A stretch of DNA of 64,000 nt, from NCBI GenBank assembly GCA_016204045.1, contig JACQLQ010000001.1:321792-385791 (forward strand), read 5' to 3'. Every line of letters begins with the position of its first letter. The first letter of the stretch is position 1. This DNA comes from Parcubacteria group bacterium. GTDB lineage: Bacteria; Patescibacteriota; Minisyncoccia; Phycocordibacterales; UBA2135. The notes under the pieces are model-generated. The model made no database searches and was not told the DNA's origin. It saw nothing but the letters and a program-made list of their open reading frames with translations. Of the stretch, positions 58,314 to 64,000 are shown piece after piece. The translations under genes were made by a program, and so were the position numbers.

Positions 58314-58754
58314 ATGTGGGGAAGCAATCATCTATACAAGCGTCCGACCAAAAAAACCCGGGAGAAGCGTAAAGTTCGGGCAAAGAAAAAGGGGGAATAT
58401 CGGACTCCTGACCGCATCAAGCGGCACGCTGACCGGCAATCGGAGCGCGGATACGCGAACGAAGAGCGCGTTGCTCGCATCCTTGCGAAAGCCGTGGAGC
58501 TAGGTCGCTACGCAAGCTTTCGGCAGACGGAGCACAACGGCTCCGAAGATACTCTCGGTATCGATTTCGTCGTCACCAAAGAGGTCTCTGACGCAAGCGT
58601 CGGGCGTGGGTTTGGCGTCACCATCTCGCACAAGAGTTGGATCGAGGCAAGGAAGATTCACCCCCGCGTCACCACGATTCTTGTCACTCCCGAGATGAAG
58701 GATGAGACGCTTCTCTCAAAGGTCGACGCCTTGTTTACGGAGAACGGGGTGTAG
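58314..58754 (+). CDS. hypothetical protein, Lys/Arg-rich N-terminus
   Basis: 146-aa ORF. GIDFVVTKEV could be a nuclease-like core, but this is weak. Confidence 0.45.
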   Translation: MWGSNHLYKRPTKKTREKRKVRAKKKGEYRTPDRIKRHADRQSERGYANEERVARILAKAVELGRYASFRQTEHNGSEDTLGIDFVVTKEVSDASVGRGFGVTISHKSWIEARKIHPRVTTILVTPEMKDETLLSKVDALFTENGV

Positions 58755-58764
58755 TATATCGTAT

Positions 58765-58792
58765 GCCGTCCAGCAAAACTGGCGGCTTTTTT
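58765..58792 (+). terminator. terminator module copy 3 (gccgtccagcaaaactggcggctttttt)
   Basis: Same stem as copies 1 and 2, with a variant loop. Confidence 0.65.
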
Positions 58793-58808
58793 ATGCTATA
58801 ATCCACCC

Positions 58809-59852
58809 ATGTCGCACGTCGTCCTCTATCGCAAACATCGTCCGCAGAGCTTTAAAGATGTATTGGGCCAAGACCACATCATCGGCCCACTCATGGAGGC
58901 GATAAAGAAAGGCACACCTGCACACTCCTACCTCTTTTTTGGTTCTCGCGGCACGGGGAAGACGAGCGTTGCGCGTATTCTCGCGCGCGAAGTCGGCTGC
59001 GCTCCCGAAGACCTGCACGAGATCGATGCCGCCTCAAACCGCGGCATCGATGACGTGCGCGAACTCCGCGAAGGTGTGCGCTCACTCCCATTTCGGTCTC
59101 CCTACAAGGTCTATATTGTCGACGAAGTGCACATGTTGACCAAGGAAGCCTTTAACGCACTTTTAAAAACCTTGGAAGAGCCGCCCGCACACGCCATTTT
59201 TATCCTCGCAACTACTGAAGTAGAGAAAGTGCCTGACACCGTGCTCTCCCGTTGCGAGACCTATACCTTCCGAAAGCCCACTGCGGCGCTACTCGCGGGT
59301 GCGATCAAAGATGTCGCAAAAAAAGAAGGGTATGCAATCGAGCCCGAGGCCGCAGAAGTTATCGCCATGCTTGGTGACGGTTCTTTCCGCGATGCGCTCG
59401 GCGTCTTACAACTTGTCATCTCCTCGACGAAAGACAAAAAGATTACCGAAGAAGCTGTTGCCAAGGTGACCAGTGTTCCATCAGGAGCTCTGGTGAACGA
59501 GGTCATCCAAGCACTCGCCGAGGGTGATGCCGCGAAAGCGCTTTCGGAGGTGCGGCGCGCCGCAGAAGCAAATGTCGACTTCACCATCTTTGTCCGCCTC
59601 CTTTTAAAAAAGCTTCGCTTCATCCTGCTCATTCGTCACGCGCCGGACATGAAGGAGAGCATTAAGGCAGAGCTTGGCGAAGACGATTTTGCCCGCCTTT
59701 CTACCCTTGCCGGTGTCGCGGGGAAAAACATCAAGTCGGGTACGATCCTCGCTCTTCTCGACGCGTATACACAAACGGGTCGAGCGCACATTCCCCAGCT
59801 CCCACTCGAGCTCGCATTGCTCAAACTCATCGGTGAACCCAGAGAAGAGTAG
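58809..59852 (+). CDS. dnaX: DNA polymerase III subunit gamma/tau (short form)
   Basis: YRKHRPQSFKDVLGQDHI, Walker A GSRGTGKTS, DEVHMLTKEAFNALLKTLEEPP, SRCETYTF sensor. Confidence 0.85.
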   Translation: MSHVVLYRKHRPQSFKDVLGQDHIIGPLMEAIKKGTPAHSYLFFGSRGTGKTSVARILAREVGCAPEDLHEIDAASNRGIDDVRELREGVRSLPFRSPYKVYIVDEVHMLTKEAFNALLKTLEEPPAHAIFILATTEVEKVPDTVLSRCETYTFRKPTAALLAGAIKDVAKKEGYAIEPEAAEVIAMLGDGSFRDALGVLQLVISSTKDKKITEEAVAKVTSVPSGALVNEVIQALAEGDAAKALSEVRRAAEANVDFTIFVRLLLKKLRFILLIRHAPDMKESIKAELGEDDFARLSTLAGVAGKNIKSGTILALLDAYTQTGRAHIPQLPLELALLKLIGEPREE

Positions 59853-59871
59853 TGTCACCCCACGACCCGTC

Positions 59872-60273
59872 ATGATCTCCCAAAAACTTAAAACTATTTT
59901 TTATATATCCATCCCACTCTTTATTGCGCATGGGCTGGAGGAATATGTTACTGGGTTTTATAACATCGATCCCATTTTCAAGTTTTTCTTCAGTTACTTT
60001 GACGCAATGAGTATTCCCCAGGCTACGTTTCTGCTCTTCCAGATTATGCTCTGGCTGACGCTCATCCTCCTTGCCCTCGTCATCACAAATGCGAAGTGGC
60101 AGCTCTGGCTCTTGGGGTTTGTCGGGCTCATCTATATCTTTGAACTCCACCATTTCTTCGAAGCGTTACGGTTTGGCGAGTATTACCCAGGCATGGTAAC
60201 AGCCACCGCGTTCCCCGTTATCGGTTTTCTATTTTGGAAAGAATTAATAAAGAATTTTAAGCATCAAGAATGA
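59872..60273 (+). CDS. HXXEE-domain membrane protein
   Basis: IAHGLEEY motif in first TM. Four TM helices. Confidence 0.6.
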   Translation: MISQKLKTIFYISIPLFIAHGLEEYVTGFYNIDPIFKFFFSYFDAMSIPQATFLLFQIMLWLTLILLALVITNAKWQLWLLGFVGLIYIFELHHFFEALRFGEYYPGMVTATAFPVIGFLFWKELIKNFKHQE

Positions 60274-60557
60274 GTCCCGTACGAAATCCTATGGTTATGT
60301 ATTATACTTATGTTTTAAAGAGCTCCAAAAACGGAAGGCTTTATACCGGACACACAAATGATTTACGGAAACGCTTTAAGGAGCACAACAGTGGCCAATC
60401 TGAATATACAAAGATGCGAGGACCATACAAACTTATATATTACGAAGCTTGTTGCGATAATGGCGATGCACAAGCACGAGAATTATATCTTAAATCAGGA
60501 AAGGGTAAGCGCTACCTTAAATCAAGGATAAAGCGTTTCCTATTTCGTACGGGATGA
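60270..60557 (+). CDS. GIY-YIG nuclease-domain protein
   Basis: YYTYVLKSSKNGRLYTGHTNDLRKRFKEHN. ATGA overlap with the upstream gene. Confidence 0.75.
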   Translation: MSPVRNPMVMYYTYVLKSSKNGRLYTGHTNDLRKRFKEHNSGQSEYTKMRGPYKLIYYEACCDNGDAQARELYLKSGKGKRYLKSRIKRFLFRTG

Positions 60558-61192
60558 AAAACGTCTACTTCGTACGTCACGGTGAGACCGGATCCAACAG
60601 GGACCGTACTCATCAAGGACCCAATGAACCGTTAACAGATCTCGGCAGGAAGCAGGCCGAGATTGTTGCAGATCGGCTCACACGCATCCCTTTTGATGTC
60701 ATTGTTGCAAGCGATCTCAAACGTGCCCACGAGACGTCCATGGCGATAAGCAAAAAGACGGGCAAGGAAGTAGTCGAGAGTCCGCTGTTTCGCGAACGGA
60801 AGATTGTTACCGAGCTCATCGGTCTTCCTCACAAAAGTCTCGAGGCCGAACAAATACGATCCAAGGTTCGTGCGCGGTATGACGACCCTCTGTGGCACTA
60901 TTCAGACGAAGAGAACTTCTTCGATCTTCGCGGACGGGCGAAAGAGGCGATTGCCTTTCTTGAGCACTATCCACAAGACAACATCGTCGTCGTAACGCAC
61001 GGCATGTTTCTTACTACGCTGATTGGCGTTTTGATCGAGCCCGACATGACTCCCACCTTTTGGCAGCATATTCATAATTTTCTTGTCACCACCAACACTG
61101 GCATCACCTGGTGCCAGAAGGGCCATCCCCATTCAGAGAAGCCCGACACGTGGCAGCTCATCTCGTGGAACGACCACGCGCATTTGGGATAA
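60554..61192 (+). CDS. histidine phosphatase family protein (phosphoglycerate-mutase-like)
   Basis: VYFVRHGETGSN catalytic RHG motif. 4-nt overlap with the GIY-YIG gene. Confidence 0.8.
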   Translation: MKNVYFVRHGETGSNRDRTHQGPNEPLTDLGRKQAEIVADRLTRIPFDVIVASDLKRAHETSMAISKKTGKEVVESPLFRERKIVTELIGLPHKSLEAEQIRSKVRARYDDPLWHYSDEENFFDLRGRAKEAIAFLEHYPQDNIVVVTHGMFLTTLIGVLIEPDMTPTFWQHIHNFLVTTNTGITWCQKGHPHSEKPDTWQLISWNDHAHLG

Positions 61193-61230
61193 TTTCCCCC
61201 ATATAAAAACCCCCGACTCAAATCGGGGGT

Positions 61231-62355
61231 TTACTCTGCGCTAAAAGAAAAAGCTTTCTGCCCTGCTTCTTCTACTTCTTCATCTGGTGCGGCAACCTTG
61301 GGCTCGCGCGCATGAGGTGGCAATATGAGCGGCGGCCTCTCGCGTTCCCAAAGCAGCAGTGTTCCTCTTCGGTAATACGGCTGTGAGGGAATAGCGTAGA
61401 CACATGTGTCCTGGAGTGGGCACGCTCCGCATGTCCTCATGAGGCGCTTCAGTTGCCCAGCACTCCATGCACTGTCTCCCGATCGTCCTTCATCACCCTC
61501 CGCAAAGAGCGGCAATATCTCCTTGGGCGCCCCATTCACGACTGTCGCGGGGGACTCTCCGCAGAGAAGGAGTGAGTAGAGCCAAATCGCGTCCGCGAGG
61601 TCGATCGGATCAGCTCCCGTCTTCTCCAAGTACTCAAGCGTCAGGTCACGGATGACACCCGACACTTTCTCGTGGTAGCGGATCTCTCGTCCTTCATCCA
61701 TGGTGACCATGACCGCCTCATTCGCAATGAAGAGGCGATAGTGGTGGAAGTCCGCAGGCGACGGATAGAGGAAGCGAGGCTTGAGCCATCCCTCCCAGTC
61801 ATAGAAGTAGATGAGGAGCGATGCCATCTTGTGCTGAAAGCCGATGAACCCTTCGTCATTCGGATCAAGCGAGAGTGGCTTCTTTGTGCTACTCGGCTTG
61901 TATGCGATCCGTCGGATTACTTCGTCGTAGGAAGTGAGGTTCTGAATGAGTGCTCGCGGGTCTCCACCCCAACCACGCTCCAATCGCTCGGCATTTATCC
62001 GCCAGAATCGTCCGGCATTATCCGCGTCCCAACCAATATACTCGCGTAAGATCGGCACAATAGCATCTTCTGTCATACGCATCGCTTCTCGTGGTATGAA
62101 AAGCTCTGGATGTGCTTCCCACATGCGTATGAGTTGGCGAAATGCAGTATGGCTTTCAATGCCACCGCGCATATACGTGCATACAAAGAACAGGAAGCGG
62201 CCGAGTGTCAGCGCATCATCCCGGATCGAAGGGGGAATGAGCTCCTGCGGCACGTATGCCGCAGGTAAGTTAAACGGAAATACCTTCTCCTTGTAGCGTC
62301 CGACGAGGACGTCAAGGAGGTGGTTCGCACGTCGTTTGTTGACGACAACCTCCAT
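61231..62355 (-). CDS. hypothetical protein with C-terminal CGACPLQDTC cysteine cluster
   Basis: GAGGGTG Shine-Dalgarno before ATG 62355. No family recognised. Confidence 0.5.
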   Translation of the reverse strand: MEVVVNKRRANHLLDVLVGRYKEKVFPFNLPAAYVPQELIPPSIRDDALTLGRFLFFVCTYMRGGIESHTAFRQLIRMWEAHPELFIPREAMRMTEDAIVPILREYIGWDADNAGRFWRINAERLERGWGGDPRALIQNLTSYDEVIRRIAYKPSSTKKPLSLDPNDEGFIGFQHKMASLLIYFYDWEGWLKPRFLYPSPADFHHYRLFIANEAVMVTMDEGREIRYHEKVSGVIRDLTLEYLEKTGADPIDLADAIWLYSLLLCGESPATVVNGAPKEILPLFAEGDEGRSGDSAWSAGQLKRLMRTCGACPLQDTCVYAIPSQPYYRRGTLLLWERERPPLILPPHAREPKVAAPDEEVEEAGQKAFSFSAE

Positions 62356-62472
62356 GACACCCTCGCACTGATGTTCTTGTGACGTTGTACATCTTTTTAC
62401 ACATGTGGTCAACATACTCACCAACTCTACAGAGTGCTATAAGAAGGGTAGACCTGCGACGGTGAGGACACG

Positions 62473-63636
62473 ATGGAGCACGAAAGGCTTCTCGCTCTCC
62501 TCGGCGGAGAGCAGACATTTGATAAGGCATCCTTTGAGCAAGTAGCACTCTCGGTCAAGGATCTTTCCACCATTAATATCCTTCCACAGCCGCGCAAGAC
62601 CTTCTCCGACGAGGAGCTCGAGGCGTTGCTACAGAGCATTGTGCATTCGGGACTTCTGAACCCCATCATTGTTGCCGAGCTCCAGGGCCGCGAGCATTGC
62701 GAGCGGTATGTGAGCGTCATCAACAAACTGTGGGGCACGACCTTTGAGGTGAAAAGTCTTCATTCGACCGTGCGCGATAGCAAGCGTGTGTGGCGTATCC
62801 TCGTCGCTGGCGAGCGGCGTATGCGCGCGATCAAAGAAGCGCGCAGGCGTCACCTCTATCGCGACGATTCAGTGCGTATTGCCGTTGCTAAGAACATTGA
62901 TCCGTTCCATGCGCTCCTGCTCCAGTGGCAAGAGAATACGCATCAGCGCGTGCCGATTCACGAAGATGCGCGGGCGACGGCACTTCTCTTCAAGTTGGTG
63001 CGCGAGGCAGATCCCAAGCTTTCGCAAGCCAAATTCGGCAAACACATTGGCCGTTCAGCCGAGATGGTTTCCCACTCGCTTCGTTTCGTTGATTTGCCGC
63101 CCGACATCCAAACGCTTACCGAAGAGGGGAAGATTCCCTACGGTGTGTCGCTCGAGCTCTCGCGGCTCCAAGTCTTTGGCGTTGCAGAACAGGACCTACT
63201 TTCTTGGGCGCGCAGAGCCATTGTTGATCGCTTGTCTGTCGAGAAAGTTCATAAACAGGTTTCAGAATACATTGAGCATCAGCGGAGCGGTCAGCAGTCG
63301 CTCATGGATATCTTTCAGACTGAAATGGCAGAAGGCGAGCGCATTCGTGAACGCGAGCTTCTTGCCACGAACACGGATCGTGCCCTTTGGATTGAAATCA
63401 AGTGGTGTCAGACCATCCTCACCCTATTTGAGAAGGGGATGTTCAAGCCAGAAGATTCTCCCTATCTGAAGAGACGTTCGCTTCGCTCTGTACTTGCGCT
63501 CGTCGACAAGCTCGAGCAACTGAACAAGCATTTGGAGTCGCTCCTTAGCCCCGCTCTCGGGAAACGACTCACCGAAGTTGTCGCAGAAACCAAGAAGAAT
63601 GCAGAGGCACTTCTCGCTCGTGCCACAAGAGAGTAA
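62473..63636 (+). CDS. ParB-like nuclease-domain protein (second ParB paralog)
   Basis: ParB/Srx N-domain with ILVAGERRMRAIKEA. HTH-like middle. Helical C-terminus. Divergent from 61231..62355. Confidence 0.7.
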   Translation: MEHERLLALLGGEQTFDKASFEQVALSVKDLSTINILPQPRKTFSDEELEALLQSIVHSGLLNPIIVAELQGREHCERYVSVINKLWGTTFEVKSLHSTVRDSKRVWRILVAGERRMRAIKEARRRHLYRDDSVRIAVAKNIDPFHALLLQWQENTHQRVPIHEDARATALLFKLVREADPKLSQAKFGKHIGRSAEMVSHSLRFVDLPPDIQTLTEEGKIPYGVSLELSRLQVFGVAEQDLLSWARRAIVDRLSVEKVHKQVSEYIEHQRSGQQSLMDIFQTEMAEGERIRERELLATNTDRALWIEIKWCQTILTLFEKGMFKPEDSPYLKRRSLRSVLALVDKLEQLNKHLESLLSPALGKRLTEVVAETKKNAEALLARATRE

Positions 63637-63692
63637 CCCAGTCTTCCTTGCCTCGCCGTAGCTTTGCGAAGGCGGGCGACTGGGTTTTTTTG
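63637..63692 (+). terminator. terminator after ParB-like gene
   Basis: cccagtc...gactgggttttttt long hairpin. Confidence 0.7.
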
Positions 63693-63759
63693 AGAGAGTT
63701 GACGCGAATTTAATCTTGTGGCATTGTAGCTTCAGACCACTGGCTGTGTAGGGGACACC

Positions 63760-63909
63760 ATGATTGACGAGGTGATCGGCGACGTCGTTGGCTCGATCGT
63801 AGGCGCACTCATTCCAACCTCAAAGGGTGCACTCATTGTTGCGGCTATTGTTCTTGTGCTGGTCATCGGTATTGTATGGTGGCTTGTTGCGTCTTCTCCA
63901 CCTGCATAG
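63760..63909 (+). CDS. hypothetical 49-aa membrane peptide
   Basis: MIDEVIGDVVGSIVGALIPTSKGALIVAAIVLVLVIGIVWWLVASSPPA. Followed by a terminator (63926..63952). Confidence 0.3.
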   Translation: MIDEVIGDVVGSIVGALIPTSKGALIVAAIVLVLVIGIVWWLVASSPPA

Positions 63910-63925
63910 TCACTCTTTGTTTGCC

Positions 63926-63952
63926 CGGCGCGGATTCTTCCGCGCTTTTTTG
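63926..63952 (+). terminator. rho-independent terminator
   Basis: gcgcgga-ttct-tccgcgc-tttttt. Confidence 0.6.
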
Positions 63953-64000
63953 TTGACTAATTCCTAGAGCGTGATACTTTCTTTTCAGTTGTTGGCGTGA

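Noticed and set aside
1-64000. CRISPR arrays, rRNA genes, transposase or integrase genes
   Set aside because: No regularly spaced short repeats were seen. No 16S/23S/5S-like conserved stretches. No ORF with recognisable DDE transposase or tyrosine/serine recombinase motifs. Mobile-element evidence is limited to tRNA-associated repeat scars.

Overview
The window looks like a gene-dense chromosome segment from a small-genome bacterium using the standard genetic code (TGA acts as a stop, for example in the ATGA overlaps at 44936 and 60270).

Recognisable housekeeping genes:
- tsaD, truncated at the left edge and missing from the ORF track.
- efp, ftsZ, ftsA, ybeY, rpsU, hisS, lepB, pth, rpsA, gyrA, nadE, rbfA, infB, clpB.
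- rpmG, miaA, pyrF, pyrE, a second ParB-type protein, rel/spoT, topA, dprA, serS, dnaX.
- An ATP-dependent DNA ligase.
- A MacAB/HlyD-type export module.

RNA genes:
- Ten tRNA genes: Ser-CGA, Glu-TTC, Val-GAC, Leu-TAG, Lys-CTT, Leu-TAA, Cys-GCA, Tyr-GTA, Trp-CCA, Leu-CAA.
- No rRNA genes and no CRISPR array were seen.

Non-standard content:
1. A tandem array of five paralogous VirB2/TrbC-like, pilin-type small membrane proteins lies behind an orphan family-1 solute-binding protein.
2. A GC-rich roughly 500-nt independent transcription unit sits upstream of rpsA. It has a near-consensus promoter, a strong Shine-Dalgarno, a 36-aa Thr/Ala-rich small ORF, a long structured tail and a terminator.
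3. An ATP-dependent ligase sits next to a 577-aa histidine-rich protein of unknown function.
4. A six-gene export operon carries three unknown small proteins.
5. There are tRNA-associated duplications and a frameshifted gene that look like scars of integrated elements.
6. Several pairs of tandem small-membrane-protein paralogs share an identical terminator module.

Many calls rest on motif-level recognition from reading the sequence. Start sites are approximate unless a Shine-Dalgarno is noted.
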